24,000 nucleotides of DNA from Georgenia sp. M64 (GTDB lineage: Bacteria > Actinomycetota > Actinomycetes > Actinomycetales > Actinomycetaceae). Both the position numbers and the translations under genes were made by a program. The notes beneath the pieces were generated by a model. That model did no database searches. It was not told the origin of the DNA and saw only the letters and a program-made list of their open reading frames with translations. Location of the stretch: assembly GCF_038049925.1 (NCBI RefSeq), contig NZ_CP145809.1:2180599-2204598 (forward strand). Direction: 5' to 3'. Shown piece by piece: positions 1 to 7,853 of this stretch (within the stretch, counting starts at the first letter, position 1; the number at the start of each line of letters is the position of its first letter).

Positions 1-277
1 TCGCCGTCACGCCCGAGACGATGAGCGAGTTCAGCGCCCACGTGGCGAAGTCGCTGTCCCCGAGGTCGGCGTAGTTCTCCCACGAGATGGTGCGGAAGAG
101 GTCGTTGGATCCCGTCAGGCTCCCCCCGGGGTTGAAGGAGGTCGACAGGATGTACAGCAGCGGCAGCAGGCAGTAGGCGATCGCGACGACGCCGACGACG
201 TGCCGCCAGCCGATCTCGCGCCACCAGCGGCGTCCGCGGGGCCTACCGTCGTTGTAGACCGTCGTCGTCTGGGCCAT
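1..277 (-). CDS. malG: Sugar ABC transporter permease, MalG-like (N-terminal 92 codons; gene runs off the window start)
   Basis: Hand translation from ATG at 277-275 gives MAQTTTVYNDGRPRGRRWWREIGWRHVVGVVAIAYCLLPLLYILSTSFNPGGSLTGSNDLFRTISWENYADLGDSDFATWALNSLIVSGVTA. This shows a TM1 helix plus a periplasmic loop typical of MalG-type permeases. Its ATG sits 1 nt after the malF stop (TGA 281-279). It is not in the ORF track because it is truncated. The listed 115..813 ORF is out of frame and rejected. Confidence 0.7.
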   Translation of the reverse strand, partial: MAQTTTVYNDGRPRGRRWWREIGWRHVVGVVAIAYCLLPLLYILSTSFNPGGSLTGSNDLFRTISWENYADLGDSDFATWALNSLIVSGVTA

Positions 278-278
278 C

Positions 279-1877
279 TCAGATCTCCTCGAGCGTGCGG
301 GTGCGACGGAAGCCGAGCCAGGAGATGACCCCGACGACCAGGAAGATGACGATCGCCATCGCCGAGGCGAGGCCGTAGTCCCGGGCGCCGCCCTCGAAGG
401 CCGTCGCGTAGACCAGGGTGATGAGGATGTCGGTGGCGCCCACCTGGACCGGGGAGTCGGGGAAGTTCGGCCCGCCGCCGGTGAGCATGAAGATGAGCGA
501 GAAGTTGTTGAAGTTGAACGCGAACGAGGCGATGAGCAGCGGCGCGGTCGCCACCAGCAGCAACGGCAGCGTGATCGAGCGGAAGATCCGCAGCGGGCCC
601 GCGCCGTCCATCTTGGCCGACTCCATGACGTCGCCGGGCAGGGACTGCAGGGCACCGGTGGCCACGAGGAACATGTAGGGGAACCCCAGCCAGAGGTTCA
701 CCCCGATGATCGAGAGCTTGGCCAGCCACGGGTCGGTGAGCCACTGCACGCCCGCCCCGCCGAGGATGACGTCGTTGATGAAGCCGAAGCGCTCGTTGAG
801 CATCCCGCGCCACACCAGCGCGGCGAGGAAGCCGGGGAAGGCGTACGGGAGGATGAGCATGGACCGGTAGAAGCGCCGGCCCTTGACGCGCGGGTCGTTG
901 AACACGATCGCGAGGAAGAGGCCCAGGGCGAACGTCGTCGCCACGGACAGCCCGGCGAAGACGAACGTCCAGACGAAGATCTGGAAGAACGGGCCCGCGA
1001 GGCGGTCGCCGGTGACCATCTCGAGGTAGTTGTCGAAGCCGACCGCGACGCGCCAGCCGGGCGTCAGCGCGGTGCCGTCCTCGCTGACGAAGCTGCCCTC
1101 CTCGTTCGGGCGGTAGACCGTGCCGTCGTCGGTGTTCGTCATCGTGTCCGCGGCCTCGTCGTAGCTGTAGAAGCTGCGCGAGACGAACCCGCTGGTGCCG
1201 TTCTGGGTGCGGATGGAGCCCTCGTTGGGGTCCTCGGCGATCGGCACCCGCAGGTTGGTGACGGCCTGCTGCTGCTGCGCGACCTCGGCGAACGGGAGCA
1301 CCTCCCAGCCGGGGAGCTCGACGATGCGCCCGCCCTCGACCTGGGCGTCCTCGACCACCTCGAGCGGCTGCTCGGCGGTGCCGGCGACGACGTCGCCGTC
1401 CTCCTGGACGACCGCGAAGCCGAGCTCCTCGCCGTCCCGCACGACGGCGAGGGGCAGGGTCGGTGCGCCCTCGACGCGGCGGTCGTTCTGCAGCAGGATC
1501 GCGCTGACCGCGTCGGCCTTGGTGGAGTTGTGCCCGTCCCCGTAGTTGGTGAAGGAGACGTAGCCGGTGTACGCCATGACGAACACCTGGTAGACGAGCA
1601 GGAAGAACAGGCCCGGCACGAGGTACTTCGCCGGGATCATCCGCCGGGAGAAGTAGACCCAGTTCACGACGACCAGGGCGAGGACCAGGAAGCCGACGAT
1701 GCCCCAGTGCTCGACGGCCGCGGCGGCGAGGATCCCGTACACCCCGAGCGCGTCGACGAGGGCGACGAGCACGAGCTTGACGAGGAAGCCGGGGCCGAAG
1801 CTGCGCGCGTGCGAGTCGGTCCGGCGTCTGGAGGGAGAGCGCTCCTGCGGCGCCTCGGTGATCTCTGGGCTGGTCAT
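279..1877 (-). CDS. malF: Maltose/maltodextrin-type ABC transporter permease, MalF-like
   Basis: ORF 279..1964. Multiple TM helices, a large extracytoplasmic insert after TM helices 1-3, and the canonical EAA loop (ESAKMDGAGPLRIFRSITLPLL). Start trimmed to ATG 1877 (MTSPEITE...), which is preceded by GGAGGGAG. The upstream 29 codons are R/T-rich and look non-coding. Confidence 0.85.
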   Translation of the reverse strand: MTSPEITEAPQERSPSRRRTDSHARSFGPGFLVKLVLVALVDALGVYGILAAAAVEHWGIVGFLVLALVVVNWVYFSRRMIPAKYLVPGLFFLLVYQVFVMAYTGYVSFTNYGDGHNSTKADAVSAILLQNDRRVEGAPTLPLAVVRDGEELGFAVVQEDGDVVAGTAEQPLEVVEDAQVEGGRIVELPGWEVLPFAEVAQQQQAVTNLRVPIAEDPNEGSIRTQNGTSGFVSRSFYSYDEAADTMTNTDDGTVYRPNEEGSFVSEDGTALTPGWRVAVGFDNYLEMVTGDRLAGPFFQIFVWTFVFAGLSVATTFALGLFLAIVFNDPRVKGRRFYRSMLILPYAFPGFLAALVWRGMLNERFGFINDVILGGAGVQWLTDPWLAKLSIIGVNLWLGFPYMFLVATGALQSLPGDVMESAKMDGAGPLRIFRSITLPLLLVATAPLLIASFAFNFNNFSLIFMLTGGGPNFPDSPVQVGATDILITLVYATAFEGGARDYGLASAMAIVIFLVVGVISWLGFRRTRTLEEI

Positions 1878-1979
1878 CTGGGTGCTCCCTCCGCGCTCAG
1901 CGGTGAGCGCGCGACGTCGGGTCGTGGCGTGGAGGTGCGGCCCCGGACGGGTCCGGGGCCGCACCTGTGTCTCAGCGGA

Positions 1980-3242
1980 TCAGCCGGCGATCTCGGACTG
2001 GAGGTTGCCGATCATCGTGTCCCAGCGCTCCACCGGGGGCACCGTGCCGTTGATGATGTCGACCTCGGCGCCGCCCCACCACTCCCAGACGGCAGCCATC
2101 TCGGGCAGCGCGGGCATGGGGGCGCCGGTCGCGCCGGCCTCGTTGAAGCCCGCGAGGATCGGGTCCTCGAGCGCCTCGGCGGCCTCGGTCATCGCCGGCA
2201 CACGGCCGCCGATGTTGTACAGCTCGGTCTGGACCTCGGGGGTCGCGACGAAGTTGACGAGGAAGTCGTTGACGAGGAGGGCGTTCTCGGAGTTGATGTT
2301 CGGGAAGAAGCCCTGGACGCCCACGAACGGCTGGGCCTCCTCACCGCCGGCGCTCGGCACCGGCAGGACGGAGATGTCCAGCCCGGCCTCGGTGAACTCG
2401 GTGGTGTACCAGGGGCCGGTGATGATGTAGGGCGTCTCGCCGGCGAGGAACGCCTCCTTGGCGACGTCCGCGGAGATGTTCGTGTCGAGGATGCCCGCCT
2501 CGCCCTGCGCCGCGAGGAACTCGGCGAACGCCTGGCCCTCGGGGCCCGCCATGCCGAGCTCGGCGGTGTAGGACCCGCCGTCGCTGACGAAGACGGGGGC
2601 GCCGAAGGAGGTCTGCAGCGGGTACAGGTGGTACGGGTCGCTGCTGGTCGGGTCCTGCTGGATGACGATCGGGTACTCCGAGCCGGTCTCCTGGGCCGCG
2701 GCGATCATCTCGTCCCAGGTCTCGGGCGTCTCGGAGAGGATCTCGTTGTTGCGGACGAGCGCGATGTTCTCGATGGCGTACGGCACGCCGTAGACCTGGC
2801 CGTCGTAGGTCACGGCGTTGAGGGCCGACTCGGAGAAGAGGTCGGCCTTCTCACCGAGGTCGACGGTGCCGACGACGCCGTTGGTGACCCAGCCGCCCAG
2901 GCCGTCGTGGGCCGAGACGATGATGTCCGGGCCCTCGCCGGTCGGCACGGTGGTGATGAACTCGTTGCCGATGTCGGCCGAGGCCTTCTGCACGACCTCG
3001 ATCTCGACGCCGCTCTGCTCGGCGTACTGGGTGCCGATCTCCTCGACGAGGTCGATCCGGGTCTCGTCGGCCCAGATCGTCAGGGTGCCGGTGAGCTCCG
3101 GCGCCTCGGTGCCGGCCTCGGTCGTCCCCTCAGCCGCGGGGGCTGCGGTGGTCTCGTCGTCGGTGGCGTCGCCGCCCCCGCCGCACGCGGCAAGCGCCAT
3201 GGTCATGCCGACCGCGGCCGCAAGGGTGATGCTCCGTCGCAT
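1980..3242 (-). CDS. malE: Sugar (maltose/maltodextrin-type) ABC transporter substrate-binding lipoprotein
   Basis: ORF 1980..3410. Signal peptide with lipobox (MRRSITLAAAVGMTMALAAC-GGGG) followed by a family-1 solute-binding fold. It lies directly upstream of malF/malG. Start set to ATG 3242, 6 nt after AGGAG. ATG 3248 abuts the SD and is less likely. Confidence 0.8.
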   Translation of the reverse strand: MRRSITLAAAVGMTMALAACGGGGDATDDETTAAPAAEGTTEAGTEAPELTGTLTIWADETRIDLVEEIGTQYAEQSGVEIEVVQKASADIGNEFITTVPTGEGPDIIVSAHDGLGGWVTNGVVGTVDLGEKADLFSESALNAVTYDGQVYGVPYAIENIALVRNNEILSETPETWDEMIAAAQETGSEYPIVIQQDPTSSDPYHLYPLQTSFGAPVFVSDGGSYTAELGMAGPEGQAFAEFLAAQGEAGILDTNISADVAKEAFLAGETPYIITGPWYTTEFTEAGLDISVLPVPSAGGEEAQPFVGVQGFFPNINSENALLVNDFLVNFVATPEVQTELYNIGGRVPAMTEAAEALEDPILAGFNEAGATGAPMPALPEMAAVWEWWGGAEVDIINGTVPPVERWDTMIGNLQSEIAG

Positions 3243-3351
3243 CGTCATCTCCTGTAACAGTTGTTGGATGGGTTTCTCTCCCGGTCGCCCTGCGGTGCCA
3301 GCACCGCGGGGAGCCCGATGTGAAAGAGAGTAGGCATGTCGGTAGCCAGAC

Positions 3352-3411
3352 TGCAACAACTTGCAGTAACTTTCAGGCAACAGTTTCATGACAGCCGTGC
3401 AGGGTTGCACG
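3352..3411. promoter_or_regulatory. Candidate MalR (LacI-family) operators in the malE/malR divergent intergenic region
   Basis: Perfect inverted repeat CTGCAA-caac-TTGCAG at 3352-3367; it contains the heptamer CTTGCAG at 3361-3367. A second palindrome, GTGCA-gggt-TGCAC, is at 3398-3411. Both lie between the malE start (3242) and the malR start (3438). Confidence 0.5.
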
Positions 3412-3437
3412 CAGGAACCAGGAGTGGGTCAGTGGCC

Positions 3438-4469
3438 ATGCAAGGGCGCACCAGGCTTACCGACGTCGCCGAGCAGGCCGGCGTCAGCACGGCGACGGTC
3501 TCTCGGGTCCTCAACGGCAAACCCGGCGTGGCGGGCGAGACCCGCCGGGCGGTCCTCGCCGCGCTCGACATGCTCGGCTACGAGCGGCCCGAGAAGCTGC
3601 GATCACGGTCGAACGGGCTCGTCGGTCTGGTGGTGCCCGAGCTGAGCAACCCCGTCTTCCCCGCGTTCGCGCAGTCGATCGAGACCATGCTCGCCACCAC
3701 GGGCTACACGCCGCTGCTGTGCACGCAGTCCCCCGGCGGCATCACGGAGGACCAGTACGTCGACATGCTCCTCGAGCACGAGGTCGACGGCATCATCTTC
3801 GTCTCGGGCCTGCACGCCGACACCCACGCCGACCCGGCCCGCTACCAGCGACTGCAGGAGCGTGGCGTCCCGATCGCCCTCATCAACGGCCACAACCCCG
3901 AGATCGACGCCCCGGCCTTCTCCACCGACGACCGCGGCAGCATGGACCTGGCGGTGCGCCACCTCGTCTCCCAGGGCCACCGCACCATCGGCCTGGCCAT
4001 CGGCCCGGACCGGTTCGTCCCGGCCCGCCGCAAGCGCGACGGCTTCGTCGAGGCCATGCGGAACTACCTCGACGTGTCCGACCCGGCGATCGTCAGCACC
4101 CTGTTCACCGTCGAGGGGGGCCTCAGCGCGGGCACATCGCTCATCGACCTCGGGTGCACCGCGATCATCTGCGGGTCCGACCTCATGGCGCTCGGCGTCG
4201 TGCGGGCCGCCCGTGCCCGGGGCCTGCGGGTGCCCGAGGACCTCTCCGTCATCGGGTACGACGACTCGGCGCTGATCCCGTTCACGGACCCGCCGCTGAC
4301 GACCATCCGTCAGCCGGTCGAGGCCATGTGCCAGGCCGCCGTCACCACGCTCGTCGCCGAGATCGGTGGTTCGAGGGTTCCTCGCACGGAACTGGTGTTC
4401 GTGCCCGAGCTCATCGTCCGCGGCTCGACCGCGGCCGCGCCGGGCAACGTCGTGGGGCTGGCGATCTAG
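3438..4469 (+). CDS. malR: LacI-family transcriptional repressor (maltose regulon type)
   Basis: ORF 3336..4469. N-terminal HTH (RLTDVAEQAGVSTATVSRVLNGKPGV) plus a periplasmic-binding-protein-like sugar-binding core. Divergent from malEFG. Start at ATG 3438; in-frame GTG 3432 is an alternative, 8 nt after AGGAG. Confidence 0.85.
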   Translation: MQGRTRLTDVAEQAGVSTATVSRVLNGKPGVAGETRRAVLAALDMLGYERPEKLRSRSNGLVGLVVPELSNPVFPAFAQSIETMLATTGYTPLLCTQSPGGITEDQYVDMLLEHEVDGIIFVSGLHADTHADPARYQRLQERGVPIALINGHNPEIDAPAFSTDDRGSMDLAVRHLVSQGHRTIGLAIGPDRFVPARRKRDGFVEAMRNYLDVSDPAIVSTLFTVEGGLSAGTSLIDLGCTAIICGSDLMALGVVRAARARGLRVPEDLSVIGYDDSALIPFTDPPLTTIRQPVEAMCQAAVTTLVAEIGGSRVPRTELVFVPELIVRGSTAAAPGNVVGLAI

Positions 4470-4590
4470 CCCGTCGACCGCGTTCCGGGCACCTTCCGCC
4501 ATCAGCCGAGGGGGCGTGCGGCCGGCCCGGCTGGCCTCCGCGCGCCGACGGCGTCAGGATGGTCGGTCGGCGACGGCGGGTCACGCCTCG

Positions 4591-4662
4591 CCCCAGCACC
4601 CCAGCACCCCAGCACCCCAGCACCCCAGCACCCCAGCACCCCAGCACCCCAGCACCCCAGCA
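4591..4662. repeat. Perfect 8-bp microsatellite (CCCCAGCA) x 9
   Basis: Counted directly: nine uninterrupted copies, 72 bp. The array ends 8 nt before the GGAG (4671-4674) that precedes the aglA ATG at 4679. The complement is (TGCTGGGG)9. Confidence 0.97.
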
Positions 4663-4678
4663 CCGACCCAGGAGATCG

Positions 4679-6466
4679 ATGTCCACCCTCACCCGTGCCG
4701 AGCTGACCGTCCACACCCCCACCGAGGGACGTGCCACCTGGTGGCGCGAGGCGGTCATCTACCAGGTCTACCCCCGCTCCTTCGCCGACGGTGACGGTGA
4801 CGGCATCGGCGACCTGCCCGGCATCACCGCACGGCTGGACCACCTGGCGGCGCTCGGCGTGGACGCCGTGTGGCTCTCGCCCTTCTACCGCTCCCCGCAG
4901 GCGGACGCCGGCTACGACGTCGCCGACTACCGCGACGTCGACCCGCTGTTCGGCACCCTCGCCGACGCCGACGCCCTCCTCGCCCGGGCGCACGACCTCG
5001 GCCTGCGCGTCATCGTCGACCTCGTGCCGAACCACACCTCGGACGAGCACGAGTGGTTCGCCGCGGCGCTCGCCGCCGGTCCCGGCAGCCCCGAACGGGC
5101 TCGCTACATCTTCCGCGAGGGCAACGGCGAGACCGGTGAGGAGCCCCCGAACAACTGGGAGTCCGTCTTCGGCGGCCCCGCGTGGACCCGGGTGCGCGAC
5201 CGCGCCGACGCCCCGGGCAGCGCCTGGGCCGAGGACGGGCAGTGGTACCTCCACCTGTTCGACTCCAAGCAGCCCGACCTGGACTGGGAGAACCCCGAGG
5301 TCCGGGCCGAGCTCGAGGACGTCCTGCGCTTCTGGCTCGACCGCGGCGTCGACGGCTTCCGCGTCGACGTCGCGCACGGCCTGGTCAAGGCCGCCGGCCT
5401 GCCCGACTGGGCGGGGCACGTGAGCATGGTCGAGGGCGCCGAGGACGCGGGTGACACCGATCCCGAGCCGCCCGCGGTCCGCTCCCCCGAGGGTCACCAC
5501 GCCCACCCGCCGATGTTCGACCAGGAGGGGGTGCACGAGATCTACCGCGACTGGCACCGGGTTCTCGCGGAGTACCCGGGCGACCGGGTGCTGGTGGCGG
5601 AGGCGTGGGTGGACCCCGTCGAGCGCCTCGCGCGGTACGTCCGCGCCGACGAGATGCACCAGGCCTTCAACTTCGCCTTCCTCGTCTCCCCCTGGCACGC
5701 CCCCGAGCTGCGCGACGTCATCGCCCGTTCCTACCGGGCCAACGACGCCGTCGGGGCGCCGACGACCTGGGTCCTGTCGAACCACGACGTCGTCCGGCAC
5801 GCCTCCCGGCTGGGCCTGGCCCGTACCGGCAAGGGCCCCAACGGCATCGGCGCCACGGACCCGCAGCCCGACGCCGAGCTCGGTCTTCGCCGGGCCCGCG
5901 CCGCCACGCTGCTCATGCTGGGGCTCCCGGGCTCGGCGTACCTCTACCAGGGCGAGGAGCTGGGGCTGCCCGAGCACACCGAGCTGCCGGACGAGACGCG
6001 TCAGGACCCGGCGTTCTTCCGCACCGGCGGGGCCGAGCGCGGCCGCGACGGGTGCCGGGTGCCGCTGCCCTGGGAGCAGGACGCGCCCGGGTTCGGCTTC
6101 TCCCCCACCGGCCGCACCTGGCTGCCGCAGCCTTCCGAGTGGGCCGACCTGGCTGCCGACACCCAGAGCGGCCGGCCCGGCTCGACCCTCGAGCTGTACC
6201 GCGAGACGCTGCGCCTGCGCGCGGAGCTCGGGCTGGGGCTGGGGTCGATGTCGTGGAGCGCCGGGCACGCGACGAGCCCCGACGTCGTCGCGTTCGTCAC
6301 CACGGGCGCGGCCGAGGTCCTCGTCCTGACGAACCTCGGCGACACGGACGTCGCCCTGCCGGCCGGGTGGAGCGTGCTCGTGGCCAGCGGTCCGCTCGGC
6401 GAGGGTGCCGGCGGCGAGGCGACCACCGTGCCGGCCGACACCACGGTGTGGGCGCGGCGCAGCTGA
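4679..6466 (+). CDS. aglA: GH13 alpha-glucosidase / oligo-1,6-glucosidase
   Basis: The real start is inside ORF 3719..6466: GGAG-N4-ATG at 4679, giving MSTLTRAEL...WWREAVIYQVYPRSFADGDGDGIGDL. GH13 conserved regions are present (DLVPNHTS, GFRVDVAHG, EAWV, SNHDVVRH). Confidence 0.9.
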   Translation: MSTLTRAELTVHTPTEGRATWWREAVIYQVYPRSFADGDGDGIGDLPGITARLDHLAALGVDAVWLSPFYRSPQADAGYDVADYRDVDPLFGTLADADALLARAHDLGLRVIVDLVPNHTSDEHEWFAAALAAGPGSPERARYIFREGNGETGEEPPNNWESVFGGPAWTRVRDRADAPGSAWAEDGQWYLHLFDSKQPDLDWENPEVRAELEDVLRFWLDRGVDGFRVDVAHGLVKAAGLPDWAGHVSMVEGAEDAGDTDPEPPAVRSPEGHHAHPPMFDQEGVHEIYRDWHRVLAEYPGDRVLVAEAWVDPVERLARYVRADEMHQAFNFAFLVSPWHAPELRDVIARSYRANDAVGAPTTWVLSNHDVVRHASRLGLARTGKGPNGIGATDPQPDAELGLRRARAATLLMLGLPGSAYLYQGEELGLPEHTELPDETRQDPAFFRTGGAERGRDGCRVPLPWEQDAPGFGFSPTGRTWLPQPSEWADLAADTQSGRPGSTLELYRETLRLRAELGLGLGSMSWSAGHATSPDVVAFVTTGAAEVLVLTNLGDTDVALPAGWSVLVASGPLGEGAGGEATTVPADTTVWARRS

Positions 6467-6482
6467 CCGAAGGCTGACGTGG

Positions 6483-6510
6483 CCCCGCCCGGCCTCCGGG
6501 CCGGGCGGGG
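6483..6510. terminator. GC hairpin between convergent aglA and dus (bidirectional terminator candidate)
   Basis: CCCCGCCCGGCC (6483-6494) / loop TCCG / GGCCGGGCGGGG (6499-6510): a 12-bp perfect stem. No U-tract, as is common in high-GC actinobacteria. Confidence 0.6.
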
Positions 6511-6536
6511 GCGGCGGCCGGGCGGGGCGCCGCTGC

Positions 6537-7853
6537 TCAGCCGCCCGAGACGGAGAGCTCGGCCTGACTGATCATCGCCAGCAGGTCGGCGTCCATGTCC
6601 TGCGAGTCCAGCCAGCCGTCGGGCAGGTGCGGGGCCTTGGGGCTGCCGGCCCGCCCGCGCGGCCCCTCGGCGCTCTCCCCGGGGTAGGCCTGGTCGAGGT
6701 CGAGGGCGGCGAGCCGCTCGTCGAGCTCGGCGAGGGAGGAGACGAGCCCGAGGTCGTGCCGGGCCTCCCCGCCGACGACGTAGCCCTTGAGGTACCACGC
6801 CATGTGCTTGCGCATCTCGCGCAGGGCCCGGTCCTCCTCGCCGAAGTGCTCCACCATGAGCTCGGCGTGGCGCCGGACCGTGCCGGCCACCTCCCGCAGC
6901 CCCGGCCGGACCCGCAGGTCCGACCCGTGCGCGGCGGCGACGAGGTCCGTGAACAGCCAGGGCCGGCCCTGGCACCCACGCCCCACGACGACGCCGTCGC
7001 AGCCGGTGCTGGCCATCATCTCGGCCGCGTCCTCGGCCGACCAGATGTCGCCGTTGCCGAGCACCGGCACGCTCGTCACCGCGTCCTTGAGCCGCGCGAC
7101 GGCCTCCCACCGGGCCTTGCCCGAGTAGTGCTGCGCGGCGGTGCGGGCGTGCAGGGCGACGGCGGCCACGCCCGCGCGCTCGGCCAGCCGGCCGGCGTCG
7201 AGGTAGGTGAGGTGGTCGTCGTCGATGCCCATCCGCATCTTCACCGTCACCGGTACCTCGTGGTCCCGCCCGGCCGACGCCTCCCGGGCGGCGGCGACGG
7301 CCTCGGTGACGATGGCGTCGAAGAGGTCGCGCTTCCACGGCAGCGCCGACCCGCCGCCCTTGCGGGTGACCTTGGGCACCGGGCAGCCGAAGTTGAGGTC
7401 GACGTGGTCGGCGCGGTCCTCGGCGACGAGGATGCGCACCGCCGCGCCGATCGTCGCGGGGTCGACGCCGTAGAGCTGGACCGAGCGCACCGGCTCCTCC
7501 GGGTCGGGGGTGATCATCCGCATCGTCTCGGGCGTGCGCTCGACCAGGGCGCGCGAGGTGATCATCTCGGTCACGTAGAGCCCGGCGGGCGCGAACGGGC
7601 CGGACGGGCCGGCAGCTGCCGGCACGGCCGCCGGCGCGCCGGCGGGCGCGGCAGCCGGCGCGGCGGCACCTTCACCATGGCCGGACGGGAGCGAGCTGGC
7701 GCCGGGCGGGACAGAGGTCGCGCCGGCGGCGGTGAGGCCGGCAACGCCGGACTCGCGGCACAGCCGTCGGAAGGGCGGGTTCGTCACCCCGGCCATGGGG
7801 GCCAGCACGACGGGCGTGCCGAGGGTGACGGCACCGATCTGGAGGTCGCTCAC
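6537..7853 (-). CDS. dus: tRNA-dihydrouridine synthase
   Basis: ORF 6537..7853 with a GTG start. Dus signatures include VVLAPMAGVTNPPFRRLCRE, DLNFGCPVPKVTRKGGGSAL and VTVKMRMG. It contains an Ala/Pro-rich insertion of about 50 aa (see findings). Confidence 0.85.
   Translation of the reverse strand: MSDLQIGAVTLGTPVVLAPMAGVTNPPFRRLCRESGVAGLTAAGATSVPPGASSLPSGHGEGAAAPAAAPAGAPAAVPAAAGPSGPFAPAGLYVTEMITSRALVERTPETMRMITPDPEEPVRSVQLYGVDPATIGAAVRILVAEDRADHVDLNFGCPVPKVTRKGGGSALPWKRDLFDAIVTEAVAAAREASAGRDHEVPVTVKMRMGIDDDHLTYLDAGRLAERAGVAAVALHARTAAQHYSGKARWEAVARLKDAVTSVPVLGNGDIWSAEDAAEMMASTGCDGVVVGRGCQGRPWLFTDLVAAAHGSDLRVRPGLREVAGTVRRHAELMVEHFGEEDRALREMRKHMAWYLKGYVVGGEARHDLGLVSSLAELDERLAALDLDQAYPGESAEGPRGRAGSPKAPHLPDGWLDSQDMDADLLAMISQAELSVSGG

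Noticed and set aside
1530-3257. 575-aa plus-strand ORF, with nested ORFs at 1699..2430 and 2818..3333
   Set aside because: It is antisense to the clearly recognisable malF and malE genes. The translation is D/E/G/R/V-rich low complexity with no domain features. This is a typical open antisense frame in >70% GC DNA.
1-4469. Absence of a malK-type ATPase in the maltose cluster as an anomaly
   Set aside because: In Actinobacteria the sugar ABC importers commonly share a separately encoded ATPase (MsiK type). The missing ATPase gene is therefore expected rather than unusual.
4591-4662. CRISPR array interpretation of this and the other tandem repeats (15692-15814, 19341-19687)
   Set aside because: The repeat units are contiguous or nearly so, 8-25 bp long, without unique spacers of ~30 bp. 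There are no cas genes in the window.
3719-4678. Upstream extension of the aglA ORF, including in-frame ATG 4559 reading through the 8-bp repeat as (STPAPQHP)n
   Set aside because: Most of it overlaps malR in another frame. ATG 4559 has AGG directly abutting it (poor spacing), whereas ATG 4679 has a well-spaced GGAG and starts the conserved GH13 N-terminus. It is kept only as an alternative under the microsatellite finding.
4502-6268. 588-aa minus-strand ORF, plus other frames over 4731..6477
   Set aside because: It is antisense or out of frame relative to the GH13 alpha-glucosidase, whose catalytic motifs are unambiguous. The ORF itself has R/P/G-rich junk composition.
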